Positions 8,634 through 19,611 of a stretch of DNA of 49,006 nt are shown piece after piece. The DNA comes from an uncultured Spirochaetota bacterium (GTDB lineage: Bacteria > Spirochaetota > Spirochaetia > SZUA-6 > CAVTHK01). The position numbers were made by a program, and so were the translations under genes. Each line of letters begins with the position of its first letter. Positions within the stretch are counted from its first letter, which is position 1. A model generated the notes under the pieces. It was not told the origin of the DNA. It saw nothing but the letters and a program-made list of their open reading frames with translations, and made no database searches. The stretch lies in NCBI GenBank assembly GCA_963734495.1, contig CAVTHK010000017.1, positions 1 through 49,006 on the forward strand, in the 5' to 3' direction.

Positions 8634-9698
8634 TTACCGCCCGGGGCCCGCCGCGCCGGCGGCGGCGACCGCACGGCGCAGCTGGCCGAAGCTGATCAGG
8701 GTCCCCTTGTCCTCGTCCCAGAGGTTCAGGAAGACCGACTTGAGGCTCCGCCCGATGGTGAGACAGTCGGGCAGCTGCAGCTCCGGGATCGCGTCGAGGC
8801 ATCGCTGCAGGTGGTAGTTGGGAATGCGCGGCCTGAGGTGGTGCACGTGGTGCAGCCCGATGTTGCCGCTCACCCACTGCAGGACTTTCGGCAGCCGGTA
8901 GTAGGAGCTGCCCTGGAGCGCGGCCTCGATGGAGCCCCACTGCTCGTGCCTCGCCCAGTAGGAGGGGTCGAACTGGTGCTGCACGTAGAAGAGCCAGATC
9001 CCGCCCATGCCGCCGATGATCATGATCGGCACCTGGATCTCGAGGTAGGTGAGCCAGCCGAACGAGAAGCCGATCGCGGCCGCGAACAGGAGCACGCCCG
9101 CGTTGGTGAGCATGACGCTGCGGACCTGCTTCGCACCGACCCCTTTCTTGGGCACCCGGTTCGCGATGAAGAACGTACCGATGGGTCCCAGGAGGAACAT
9201 GACGAACGGGTTGCGGAACAGCCTGTAGGCGAGGCGCGTCCGCAGGGGGGCGGCGCGATACTCGGCGACGGTCATCGTCCAGACGTCTCCGATGCCGCGC
9301 CTGTCCAGGTCCCCGGCGGTCGAGTGGTGGACGCCGTGCGTGTAGCGGAACCCCGCATAGGGGGTGAACGTGAGGATCCCCAGGACGGTGCCCAGCGCCG
9401 TGTTCGCCCTGGAAGAGCGGAAGAAAGAGCCGTGGCAGCAGTCGTGAAAGAAGATGAACACGCGGACGAGAAAGGCGGCGGCCACGGCGGCCAGCGCGAG
9501 GGTCACCCAGTAGGGCAGGCCGCGGCGGACGGTCGCGATCATCGCCACCCAGAGCGCGGCATATGGCAGGAGAGTGTTCAACAGCTGTCCCAGCGCTCTC
9601 TTCCGGTCCGCGGCTTCGAACGGCTTCATGGCGGCGAGCCATGGCGGCGTGCCAGGCTTTGCCGCGCCGGCCTTCACCTTGTTTTCCTGCTCGATCAT
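8634..9698 (-). CDS. Membrane fatty acid desaturase (Bacillus Des-like)
   Basis: His boxes HDCCH, HGVHH and HHVHH; WLFYVQHQF; PRIPNYHL. Confidence 0.93.
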   Translation of the reverse strand: MIEQENKVKAGAAKPGTPPWLAAMKPFEAADRKRALGQLLNTLLPYAALWVAMIATVRRGLPYWVTLALAAVAAAFLVRVFIFFHDCCHGSFFRSSRANTALGTVLGILTFTPYAGFRYTHGVHHSTAGDLDRRGIGDVWTMTVAEYRAAPLRTRLAYRLFRNPFVMFLLGPIGTFFIANRVPKKGVGAKQVRSVMLTNAGVLLFAAAIGFSFGWLTYLEIQVPIMIIGGMGGIWLFYVQHQFDPSYWARHEQWGSIEAALQGSSYYRLPKVLQWVSGNIGLHHVHHLRPRIPNYHLQRCLDAIPELQLPDCLTIGRSLKSVFLNLWDEDKGTLISFGQLRRAVAAAGAAGPGR

Positions 9699-9794
9699 GC
9701 TGGTGCCCCCTCTGCGTGTGCGCTCGTCCGGCCCGATCGGCCGACAGCGGGATCACCGCCCGCGTCGCCGAGCACTATCATGACCAGTTTTCTA

Positions 9795-9852
9795 AGGCTT
9801 TGGTTGCACGCAGTGATCAGGCTTTGACTCCACCGACGGCCGTCATTAAGCT
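9795..9852 (+). promoter_or_regulatory. Putative sigma70 promoter of the nar operon with an 8-bp direct repeat
   Basis: TTGACT (9824-9829) - 17 nt - TAAGCT (9847-9852); AGGCTTTG at 9795 and 9819. Confidence 0.5.
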
Positions 9853-10011
9853 GGTGCAATAAACCCTCTGGGAGCAACCAGTGACTGAGTCGCCCGGAGC
9901 CAGCCGGACGAACGCGAATCCCGCTTCGACTGTCCGCTCGCGAACCCGACCCGATCCACTCGTTCCTTACCTCGAAAAGGAAATTCCGATCCCAGCGCGA
10001 GAGAGGTCGCG

Positions 10012-13000
10012 ATGAGCCATTTCACGGACACGCTCCTGTTCTTCAGAAAGAGGGCCGGCTCGTTCTCCGATGGGCACGGCGTGGTGACCACCGAGAGCCG
10101 CGCCTGGGAGGAGGGCTACCGCAACCGCTGGCAGCACGACAAGGTCGTGCGCTCCACGCACGGGGTCAACTGCACCGGAGGGTGCAGCTGGAAGATCTAC
10201 GTCAAGGGCGGCATCGTCACCTGGGAGACCCAGCAGACCGACTACCCGCGCACGCGGCCGGAGATGCCCGACCACGAGCCGCGCGGGTGCTCGCGCGGCG
10301 CGAGCTACTCCTGGTACCTCTACAGCGGCAACCGCCTCAAGTACCCGATGGTGCGCGGGCGGCTGCTGCGGATGTGGCGCGAGGCGAGAGCGAGCCGGCC
10401 GCCCGTCGATGCGTGGGCGGGAATCGTCGAGGACGCCGAGCGGCGGCGCTCCTATCAGTCGGTGCGCGGCCTGGGCGGCTTCGTCCGCTCGACCTGGGAA
10501 GAGGTCAACGAGATCATCGCCGCGGCCAACGTGTACACGGTGAGGAAGTACGGGCCGGACCGGATCTGCGGGTTCTCGCCGATCCCCGCGATGTCGATGA
10601 TCTCCCACGCGTCCGGGATGCGCTACCTCTCTCTCATCGGCGGCGCCGCGCTCTCGTTCTACGACTGGTACTGCGACCTGCCCCCGAGCTCGCCGCAGAC
10701 CTGGGGCGAGCAGACCGACGTGCCCGAGAGCGCCGACTGGTACAACGCCATGTTCCTGATCCTCTGGGGCTCCAACGTGCCCCAGACCCGCACGCCCGAT
10801 GCTCACTTCTACACCGAGGCCCGCTACAAGGGGACGCAGAGCGTCGTGGTCTCCCCCGACTACAGCGAGGCCTCGAAGTTCGCCGACATCTGGCTGCACC
10901 CCAAGGCCGGGACCGACTCGGCCCTCGCGATGGCGATGGGCCACGTGATCCTCACCGAGTTCCATGTCAGGCGGCGAAGCGAGTACTTCACCGACTACTG
11001 CCGCAGGTACAGCGACCTCCCGTTCCTCGTGCGCCTCGCCCGCAGGGGCAAGGGGGACTCGTTCGTCCCCGAACGCTTCCTTCGGGCGAGCGACTTCGCG
11101 GATTCCCTCGGCGAGCGCAACAACCCCGACTGGAAGACCGTGGCCTGGGACGAGAGTGTCCGGCCGCGTCGTCGCGCCGCAAGGCTCGATCGGGTTCCGC
11201 TGGGGCGAAGAGGGGAAATGGAACCTCGAGGAGAAGGAAGGCAGGACCGGCGCGACGGTGAAGCTCTCGTTGACGACGCTCGACCGTCCGCACGAGGTGC
11301 TTCCGGTGGCGTTCCCGTACTTCGGCAGCCGGGGCAGCGACCATTTCGCCGGGACAGATCACCCCGAGGTCCTGGTGCGCAGCGTGCCCGCGGCAAAGGT
11401 CGCCACGCGCGAGGGCGAGGTTCTTGTCGCCACCGTTTTCGACCTGCTGGCGGCCAATTACGGTGTCGACCGCGGGCTCGGCGGGCAGTGGGCCGCCGCG
11501 ACCTACGACGACGACGTCCCGTACACGCCGGCGTGGCAGGAGCGGATCACCGGCGTCGATCGCCGCCTCGTGATCGCGACGGCGCGGCAGTTCGCGGAGA
11601 CGGCCGAGAAGACCAAAGGCAAGTCGATGGTCATCCTCGGCGCCGGCATCAACCACTGGTTCAACAGCGACATGGCCTACCGCGGGATCATCAACATGCT
11701 GGTCCTCTGCGGTTGCGTCGGGAAGCCGGGCGGAGGCTGGTCGCACTACGTCGGCCAGGAAAAGGTGCGGCCGCAGACCGGATGGGCGACGCTCGCGTTC
11801 GCGACCGACTGGTACCGGCCGCCGCGTCATATGAACGGCACGTCCTTCTTCTACTTCCACGCCGACCAGTGGCGCTACGAGACCGTGACCCCCGCCGAGA
11901 TCCTCTCGCCGACCGCCCCCGACGGCGACTGGGGCGGGAGCCTCGTCGACTACAACGTGCGCTCCGTTCGCATGGGGTGGCTGCCGGCCGCGCCGCAGCT
12001 CGCCCGCAACCCGCTGGAGGTGGCCCGGGCGGCCGAAGCAGCGGGCGAAGAGCCGGCGGCTTACGTGACGAAACGCCTCAAGAGCGGGGAGCTGCGCTTC
12101 GCGTTCGAGGACCCCGACGACCCGGCGAACTTCCCGCGCAACATGTTCGTCTGGCGCTCGAACATCCTGGGCTCGAGCGGCAAGGGGCACGAGTACTTCC
12201 TCAAGCATTTTCTCGGGACGCAGAGCAGCATCCTCGGCGAGGACCTCGGCGCCGCGGGCCGCGAACAGCACCGCGAGGTGGTCTGGCGTGACGAGGCTCC
12301 GCAGGGCAAGCTGGACCTTGTGGTGACGCTGGACTTCCGCATGTCCACCACCTGCCTGTACTCCGACATCGTGCTGCCCACCGCGACCTGGTACGAGAAG
12401 AACGACCTGAACACCACGGACATGCACACCTTTATCCACCCGCTCTCGGCCGCCGTCGACCCGGTGTGGGAGAGCCGGACGGACTGGGCGATCTTCCGCG
12501 GGATCGCGGCAAAGTTCTCCGAGGTGGCGCACGGAGTGCTCGGCGTCGAAAAGGACATCGTGCTCACGCCCATCATGCACGACAGCCCGGCGGAGCTGGG
12601 CCAGGCGCTTGACGTCAAGGACTGGAAGAAGGGCGAGTGCGAGCCGGTCCCGGGAAAGACCACGCAGGCGATGACCGTGGTTTCCCGCGACTATCCCAAC
12701 GTCGGGAGGATGTTCACGGCCCTCGGGCCGCTGATGAGCAAGGTCGGAAACGGCGGCAAGGGCATCGCATGGAAGACCGAGGAGGAGGTGGAGCATCTCA
12801 AGCGGCTGAACGGCGCCGTCACGGAGCCAGGAGTCACGCAGGGGCTCCCGCGCATAGTGAGCGAAGTCGACGCGTGCGAGACCGTGATGGCGCTTGCGCC
12901 CGAGACCAACGGCGCGGTGGCGGTTCGCGCCTGGAAGTCGCTTTCCGTGCGTACCGGCCGGGAGCACGCGCACCTCGCGCTCGGCCGGGAGGAGGAGCGC

Positions 13001-13771
13001 GCGCGGTTCACCGACATCGTGGCGCAGCCGCGCCGCACGATCACCTCGCCCATCTGGAGCGGCATCGACTCGGAGGAGACCACCTACAACGCCGGCTATA
13101 CCAACGTGCACGAGCTGATCCCCTGGCGGACCGTCACCGGACGCCAGGAGCTCTACCAGGACCACCTCTGGATGCGCGCCTTTGGCGAGGCGCTGTGCGT
13201 GTACAAGCCCCCCGTGGACACCAGGACGATCCGGCCCGCGGAGAAGATCCTGGACAACGGCCAGCCTCACGTGGTGCTGAACTTCCTCACCCCTCACCAG
13301 AAGTGGGGCATTCACAGCACCTACTCCGACAACCTGATGATGCTCACGCTGTCGCGGGGAGGGCCCATCGTCTGGATCAGCGAGGCGGACGCCAGGCGCG
13401 CCTCGCTCGTGGACAATGACTGGATCGAGGTCTTCAACTGCAACGGCTCGCTGGTCGCCCGCGCCGTCGTGAGCCAGCGCGTGAAAGAGGGGACGGCGAT
13501 GATGTACCACGCCCAGGAGAAGATCGTGAACACCCCCGGCAGCGCGATCACCGGCAACAGGGGCGGCATCCACAACTCCGTGACGCGGACGCTCGTCAAA
13601 CCGACCCACATGATCGGCGGGTACGCGCAGCTCGCCTACGGGTTGAACTACTACGGGACGGTGGGCTCCAACCGGGACGAGTTCGTCATCGTGCGCAAGC
13701 TCGAAAAGGTGGACTGGATGGACGAGCCGGCCGCCGGGGGCAGGCCGCCCGTGAAAGGAGCACACGCATGA
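10012..13771 (+). CDS. narG: Respiratory nitrate reductase alpha subunit (one frameshift near 11155)
   Basis: RSTHGVNCTGGC FS0 motif, SFYDWYCDLP, GGWSHYVGQEK, TPHQKWGIHSTY, YYGTVGSNRDE; the N-terminal part lies in ORF 10012.., the rest in ORF ..13771. Confidence 0.95.
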
Positions 13772-15267
13772 AGGTGCGCGCCCAGATCGGCATGGTGATG
13801 AACCTGGACAAGTGCATCGGGTGCCACACCTGCTCGGTCACCTGCAAAAACGTGTGGACCTCGCGCGAGGGCATGGAGTACGCCTGGTTCAACAACGTCG
13901 AGACCAAGCCCGGCATCGGCTACCCCAAGGACTGGGAGAACCAGCGGCGCTGGTACGGCGGCTGGCAGCGCGTAAGCAACGGCGCGATCAAGCCGACCCA
14001 GGGCGGCAAGTGGCGACTGCTCGCCAAGGTCTTCGGCAACCCCCACATGCCGGAGATCGACGACTACTACGAGCCGTTCACCTATGAGTACGAGCACCTG
14101 CAGGCGGCCCCCGAATCGCGCACGACCCCGGTCGCCAGGCCGGTGAGCGTGATCACAGGCGAGCGCATGGAGAAGATCGAATGGGGGCCCAACTGGGAGG
14201 AGATCCTGGGAGGGGAGTTCTCCAAGCGGAGCAGGGACCGCAACTTCGAGCAGGTGCAGAAGGAGATCTACGGGCAGTTCGAGAACACCTTTATGATGTA
14301 CCTGCCCCGGCTGTGCGAGCACTGCCTGAACCCGTCCTGCGTCGCCTCGTGCCCCACGGGCGCGATCTACAAGCGCGAAGAGGACGGCATCGTCCTGATC
14401 GACCAGGACAAGTGCCGCGGCTGGCGCATGTGCGTGAGCGGCTGCCCCTACAAGAAGGTCTACTACAACTGGAAGACCGGCAAATCGGAGAAGTGCATCT
14501 TCTGCTATCCCCGCATCGAGGCCGGTCTGCCGACGGTGTGCTCGGAGACCTGCGTCGGCCGCATCCGTTACCTCGGCGTGCTCCTTTACGACGCCGACCG
14601 GATCAAGGAGGCCTCGAGCGCTGAGAGCCTCGAGGACCTCTACGAGGCGCAGCTCTCCGTGTTCCTCGATCCCTCGGACCCCGACGTCGAGCGGCAGGCG
14701 CTCGCCGACGGCGTGCCGTCCGCCTGGATCGAGGCGGCGCGCAATTCGCCGGTCTACAAGATGGCCATGGACTGGCGCGTCGCCTTCCCGCTGCACCCGG
14801 AGTACCGGACGCTCCCGATGGTGTGGTACGTGCCGCCGCTGTCCCCGGTGCAGGCCGCGGTGGCCAACGGCTTCGTCGACCGGTCGGACATCATCCCCGA
14901 CGTCGAGAGCCTCAGGATCCCCGTCCGCTACCTGGCGAACCTGCTCACCGGGGGCAGGGAGGAGCCGGTCGTGCTCGCGCTCAGGCGGATGCTCGCGACG
15001 CGCTCCTACATGAGGCGCAGGAACATCGAAGGCGTTCTCGACCACGCGGTGCCCGCGAAAGTCGGCATGAGCGCCGAAAGCATGGAAGAGATGTTCGTCC
15101 TCATGGCCATCGCCAACTACGAGGACCGTTACGTCATCCCCACGGCCCACCGCGAGCTGACCGAGGACGCCTACGCGCTGCGGGGCGGCTGCGGCTTCAG
15201 CTTCGGGGGAGGGTGCGCCTCGGGCGGGCTGACGGGCGGCGCGCCGGCCCGGGAGGGCGAGACGTGA
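13768..15267 (+). CDS. narH: Respiratory nitrate reductase beta subunit
   Basis: NLDKCIGCHTCSVTCKNVW, CEHCLNPSC, CRGWRMC, CIFCYPR Fe-S motifs; ATGA overlap with narG. Confidence 0.97.
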   Translation: MKVRAQIGMVMNLDKCIGCHTCSVTCKNVWTSREGMEYAWFNNVETKPGIGYPKDWENQRRWYGGWQRVSNGAIKPTQGGKWRLLAKVFGNPHMPEIDDYYEPFTYEYEHLQAAPESRTTPVARPVSVITGERMEKIEWGPNWEEILGGEFSKRSRDRNFEQVQKEIYGQFENTFMMYLPRLCEHCLNPSCVASCPTGAIYKREEDGIVLIDQDKCRGWRMCVSGCPYKKVYYNWKTGKSEKCIFCYPRIEAGLPTVCSETCVGRIRYLGVLLYDADRIKEASSAESLEDLYEAQLSVFLDPSDPDVERQALADGVPSAWIEAARNSPVYKMAMDWRVAFPLHPEYRTLPMVWYVPPLSPVQAAVANGFVDRSDIIPDVESLRIPVRYLANLLTGGREEPVVLALRRMLATRSYMRRRNIEGVLDHAVPAKVGMSAESMEEMFVLMAIANYEDRYVIPTAHRELTEDAYALRGGCGFSFGGGCASGGLTGGAPAREGET

Positions 15268-15935
15268 CCGCGACGCTGCGCGCGCTCTCCGCGCTTCTCA
15301 CGTATCCCACGGAGGAGCTCAGGGCGTCGGCGTCCGAGATGCGGGAGGCCCTCGACCGCGAGGCGCTGCTCGCTGAGGACGAGCGGGCGGCGATCGCTCC
15401 CCTCATCTCGGAGCTCGCCAACCGCGATCTCTACGAGCTGCAGGAACGCTACGTCGACCTCTTCGACCGCGCGCGCCATTTCTCCCTTTATCTGTTCGAG
15501 CACCTCTACGGGGAGTCGCGCGACCGGGGAGGGATGATGGTCGAGCTCGTCGAGCGCTACCGGGCGCACGGGCTGGAGATCGCAGCGAGGGAGCTGCCGG
15601 ACTATCTCCCGCTGTACCTGGAGTACCTCTCGCTGCTGCCGCTGGAGCAGGCCCGGCGCGAGCTCGGCGAGCCGGTCGCCGTCATTTCCGCCCTGGCGCG
15701 CAGGCTCGAGAAGCGCGGGAGCCCGTATGCGCCCGTGCTCGCGGCGCTCGAGAAGCTTGCGGCGGCCGAGCCTGATCCGCGCGACCTCGGCGACCTCGAG
15801 CGGGAGGCCGATCTCGACGGCAACGACCCGGCCGCTCTCGACCGGCAGTGGCAGGAGGACCCCGTGGTGCTTGCGGCGGCGCTTGAGCAGCGCAAGCTGG
15901 CGCGATCCCACCGAACGAAAGGGGGCAAGCCGTGA
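15264..15935 (+). CDS. narJ: Nitrate reductase molybdenum cofactor assembly chaperone
   Basis: LSALLTYP, YVDLFDR, LFEHLYGESRDRG, ELPDYLPLYLEY; GTGA overlap with narH. Confidence 0.93.
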   Translation: MTATLRALSALLTYPTEELRASASEMREALDREALLAEDERAAIAPLISELANRDLYELQERYVDLFDRARHFSLYLFEHLYGESRDRGGMMVELVERYRAHGLEIAARELPDYLPLYLEYLSLLPLEQARRELGEPVAVISALARRLEKRGSPYAPVLAALEKLAAAEPDPRDLGDLEREADLDGNDPAALDRQWQEDPVVLAAALEQRKLARSHRTKGGKP

Positions 15936-16645
15936 TCGCCTTTCTCGACAGCCTCGTGTTCGGCTATTACCCGTACGTGGCGCTCTCGATCTTCATCGGC
16001 GGGGGAATCATCCGCTTCAACCGCGGCCAGTACTCCTGGCGCAGCGGCTCGAGCCAGCTCCTGCGCAGGCGCCAGCTCGTGGTCGGAAGCTCCCTCTTCC
16101 ACTTCGGCGTGCTCGTCGTGCTGGCGGGCCATTTCGTCGGCTTCCTCACGCCCGAGGTGGTCCTCAAGGTGCTCGGCGTGAGCGTCACGGCCCACCAGCT
16201 CCTGGCGATCGTGGTCGGCGGGACCGCGGGCATCGTCGCCTGGGTGGGGCTCACGATGCTCGTCCATCGCCGGCTCTTCGATGCGCGCATCCGCCGGACC
16301 AGCGGCGTCATGGACATCGTGGCCGTGCTCCTGGTGTGGGTGCAGCTCACCTTCGGACTCGCCACGGTGCCGATCTCCGCGCAGCACCTCGACGGCGCGG
16401 TCTTCCTCAGGCTCGTCGCCTACGTGCAGTCCATCGTCTACTTCCAGCCCGACCCGGTGTCGCTCCTCTCGGGGGTGCTGTGGGTGTACAAGGTGCACAT
16501 ATTCCTCGGCTTCACGTTCTTCCTGATCTGGCCGCTCAGCAGGCTGGTGCACATCTGGAGCGCCCCCGTCTGGTACCTGGGCCGCATGTACCAGGTGGTT
16601 CGAAGGCGGGTGCCCGCGCGCGCGAGGCGCGGCATGCCCGCATGA
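15932..16645 (+). CDS. narI: Respiratory nitrate reductase gamma subunit (cytochrome b)
   Basis: YYPYVAL, QYSWRSGSSQLL, heme His ligands in LFHFG, GHF, VHIFLG and SRLVHIWS. Confidence 0.95.
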   Translation: MIAFLDSLVFGYYPYVALSIFIGGGIIRFNRGQYSWRSGSSQLLRRRQLVVGSSLFHFGVLVVLAGHFVGFLTPEVVLKVLGVSVTAHQLLAIVVGGTAGIVAWVGLTMLVHRRLFDARIRRTSGVMDIVAVLLVWVQLTFGLATVPISAQHLDGAVFLRLVAYVQSIVYFQPDPVSLLSGVLWVYKVHIFLGFTFFLIWPLSRLVHIWSAPVWYLGRMYQVVRRRVPARARRGMPA

Positions 16646-17424
16646 TCACGGTCAACGGCAGGGTCATCTCCGACCGCGACGTCGCGCGCGAGGTGCAGTA
16701 CCACCCCGCCGCGACGCTCGAGGAGGCCACGCGCGAGGCGTCGGTGGCGCTCGTGCTCCGGGAGCTGCTGCTGCAGGAGGCCGCCGCCCTCGGCGTCGAG
16801 GCGGAACCCGTGCCGGAACCCGCCGTCACCCCCGAGGAGCGGGTCATCAACCGGCTCCTCGAGCGCGAGGTCAGAGCTCCCGAGGCGGACGACGAGACGT
16901 GCCGCCGCACCTTCGCAGCCAACCCCGACCGGTTCCGCAGCCCGGACATCTTCGAAGCCTCGCACATCCTCTTTCCCGCGCCTCCCGCGGACGACCAGGC
17001 CCGGGCAGGGGCGCGCGCCGCGGCGGAGGCCACGCTGCGCGAGCTCGAGCGCGACCCCGAGGCGTTCGCGCGCCTGGCAAAGGAGCGCTCCGCGGACTCC
17101 GCGACCGCGGAGCAGGGAGGCGCGCTCGGCCAGATCACGCGGGGGCAGACGACGCCGGAGCTCGAGGCGTGCCTGTATACGCTCCGGCCGGGCGAGACCT
17201 GCCGCCAGCCTGTCGAGACGCGGTTCGGGTTCCACGTGATCCGCCTCGACCGGGCGAGCCGCGGGCGGCCGCTTTCGTACGAAATGGCGCGGGAACAGGT
17301 CGCCGGATACCTCCGCGACCGGGCCTGGAACCTTGCGGTCCGGCAGTACATGCGGATCCTGGTCGGCAAGGCTTCGATCCAGGGCATCGAGCTCGAGGGC
17401 GCCTCGACCCCTCTCGTCCGATAG
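16642..17424 (+). CDS. PpiC-type peptidyl-prolyl isomerase (nar-associated, NifM-like)
   Basis: ITVNG..I...EVQYHPA, ASHILF, FARLAKERS, GGALG, VETRFGFHVI; ATGA overlap with narI. Confidence 0.88.
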   Translation: MITVNGRVISDRDVAREVQYHPAATLEEATREASVALVLRELLLQEAAALGVEAEPVPEPAVTPEERVINRLLEREVRAPEADDETCRRTFAANPDRFRSPDIFEASHILFPAPPADDQARAGARAAAEATLRELERDPEAFARLAKERSADSATAEQGGALGQITRGQTTPELEACLYTLRPGETCRQPVETRFGFHVIRLDRASRGRPLSYEMAREQVAGYLRDRAWNLAVRQYMRILVGKASIQGIELEGASTPLVR

Positions 17425-17477
17425 GGGCGGCTTGCCGCGAGCTGCGCGCCGTCGCGATACTCGTGCGGGGGTAAACC

Positions 17478-18416
17478 ATGGAATACCGCAACATCGGCGG
17501 CTCGGGCCTGCAGGTCTCAGTCGTCGGGCTCGGCTGCAACAACTTCGGGCGGCGCCTCGACGCCGACGCCACGAGGGCGGTCGTGAACCGCTGCCTCGAT
17601 CTCGGGATCAACTTTTTCGACACCGCCGACGTCTACGGCGGGGAGGGGCGCTCCGAGCAGCTGCTCGGAGCCGCGCTCAAGGGCAGGCGCGGCGAGGTCG
17701 TGATTGCGACCAAGTTCAGCAGCAAAATGGGCGACGGGCCCATGATGTCGGGTGGGTCCCGGCGCTGGGTGATGCGCGCGGTCGAGGACTCGCTGCGCCG
17801 TCTCGGCACCGACACCATCGACCTGTACCAGCTGCACCACCCCGATCCGCGCACGCCGATCCTCGAGACGATGCGGGCGCTCGACGACCTCGTGCGCCAG
17901 GGAAAGGTGCGCTACATCGGCCACTCCAATTTCGCCGGGTGGCAGGCGGCAGAGGCGGACTGCATCGCGCGCTACGAGCACCTCACGCCGTTCGTTTCGG
18001 CGCAGAACCAGTGGAGCCTCGTCCACCGCGCGGCGGAGCAGGAGCTCGTGCCCGCGGCCGAGCGCTTCGGGCTGGGCGTGCTGCCTTACTTTCCGCTCGC
18101 GAGCGGGCTGCTGACCGGCAAGTACCGCCGCGGCCAGGCCGTGCCGCAGGGCACGCGCCTCGCGGAAAAAGCCGCGGCTGAGCGCTGGCTCACTGACGCG
18201 AACCTCGACCTCGCCGAAAAGCTCGAAGCCTTCGCCCGACAGCGCGGCCGCAGCCTCCTCGAGCTCGCGATCGGATGGCTCGCGAGCCACCGCGTCGTGC
18301 CGAGCGTCATCGCGGGGGCGACGAAACCGGAGCAGGTGGACGCGAACGTCGCCGCGGCCGCGTGGAAGCTCTCTGAAAGCGAGATGACCGAGGTCGACCA
18401 GCTCTCGAAGCGATAA
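17478..18416 (+). CDS. Aldo/keto reductase
   Basis: GLGCNNFG, FFDTADVYG, IATKF, IDLYQLH, GKVRYIG, YFPLASGLLTGKY. Confidence 0.93.
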   Translation: MEYRNIGGSGLQVSVVGLGCNNFGRRLDADATRAVVNRCLDLGINFFDTADVYGGEGRSEQLLGAALKGRRGEVVIATKFSSKMGDGPMMSGGSRRWVMRAVEDSLRRLGTDTIDLYQLHHPDPRTPILETMRALDDLVRQGKVRYIGHSNFAGWQAAEADCIARYEHLTPFVSAQNQWSLVHRAAEQELVPAAERFGLGVLPYFPLASGLLTGKYRRGQAVPQGTRLAEKAAAERWLTDANLDLAEKLEAFARQRGRSLLELAIGWLASHRVVPSVIAGATKPEQVDANVAAAAWKLSESEMTEVDQLSKR

Positions 18417-18420
18417 TGGA

Positions 18421-18469
18421 CAGCCGGACGAGGAGGCCCTTGCCTCGGCGCAGGGCCTCCGTCCGGTTG
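18421..18469 (+). terminator. Long GC-rich hairpin after the aldo/keto reductase (possible terminator or stability element)
   Basis: CAGCCGGACG-A-GGAGGCCCT...AGGGCCTCC-GTCCGGTTG; no clear U-tract. Confidence 0.4.
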
Positions 18470-18582
18470 ACCGCGAAACCAAAAGGCAATCGGGTTCACC
18501 GGAGGCGATACCAGGCGCGGCCGCGAGGGCGCGCTGCGGAGGGCGCGCACGGAGCCCGGGCTCGAGGCGCGCGGAGGCGGCC

Positions 18583-19552
18583 ATGGCGAATATCTACCCG
18601 GAGATCGAGCCGTACGCGCACGGCCTTCTGGACGTCGGCCAGGGGAACCATGTCTACTGGGAGACGTGCGGCAACCCGCGCGCGAAGCCGGCCGTCGCGG
18701 TTCACGGCGGTCCCGGGTCGGGCTGCTCGCCCTGGTTCGGCAGGTTCTTCGATCCCGCCGCCTACCGCATCGTGCTCTTCGACCAGCGCAACTCGGGCCG
18801 CAGCCTGCCGCACGCGGGCTCGCCGGGAACCGACCTCTCGGCGAACACGACGGCCCACCTCGTGGCGGACATGGAGCTGCTGCGCCGGCATCTCGGGATC
18901 GAGCGGTGGCTGGTCCTGGGCGGGCTCCTGGGGCAGCACGCTGGCGCTTGCCTACGCTGAGGCGCACCGCGACCGCGTCACGGAGATGGTCCTCTTTGGC
19001 GTCACGACCGGAAGGAGATGCGAGTTCGACTGGCTCTTCCGCGGGGGAGTGGCCGTCCTCTTTCCGGAGCAGTGGCACAGGCTGCGCGCATCGCTTCCGC
19101 CGGGCGAGCGCGACGGCGACGTCGTGGAGGCGTACCACAAGCTCCTGAACGATCCGGACGCGGAAGTCCGCCGGCGGGCGGCCGAAGCCTGGTGCCTCTG
19201 GGAGTCCGCGACGCCGGAGTGGCCCCCGTCGACAGGGCTCGCGGCGCGCTTCAGGGACCCGCTGTTCACGCTGGGCTTTGCGCGCCTAGTGACGCACTAC
19301 GTGCGCGCCGGGGCCTTTCTCGAGGACGGGAGCCTCCTGCGCGCCGCTGGCGCGCTGGCCGGCATCCCGGGGGTCCTGGTGAACGGGCGCTTCGATCTGC
19401 AGGCGCCGCTCGCGAACGCCTGGGAGCTCGCGCGCGCGTGGCCCGGCGCCGAGCTCGTCGTCGTGGACGATGCCGGCCACGCGGCCGGCCACAGCGGCAT
19501 CGCCGGCGAGCTCGTGCGGGCGACCGACCGCTTCGCCGCGCTCGTGCGCTGA
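18583..19552 (+). CDS. pip: Prolyl aminopeptidase (frameshift near 18925, in the GGSWG nucleophile motif)
   Basis: YPEIEPY, HGGPGSG, FDQRNSGRS, (G)GSWGSTLALAYA, GRFDL, DAGH; split across ORFs 18583..18960 and ..19552. Confidence 0.9.
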
Positions 19553-19611
19553 GCCTCCCGCGCGACCCCGTCTCGGTGCTTCCCGTCGACGAGCGCGGAG
19601 GTGCCGCGAGC

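Noticed and set aside
8634-9698. des-desK-desR cold-sensing module
   Set aside because: The adjacent pair is an OmpR-type regulator with a HisKA/HAMP kinase, not the NarL-type DesR and HisKA_3 DesK.
11140-11170. narG frameshift as programmed frameshifting or a true pseudogene
   Set aside because: No slippery heptamer is evident, both halves are highly conserved, narHJI are intact, and similar indels are scattered across the window.
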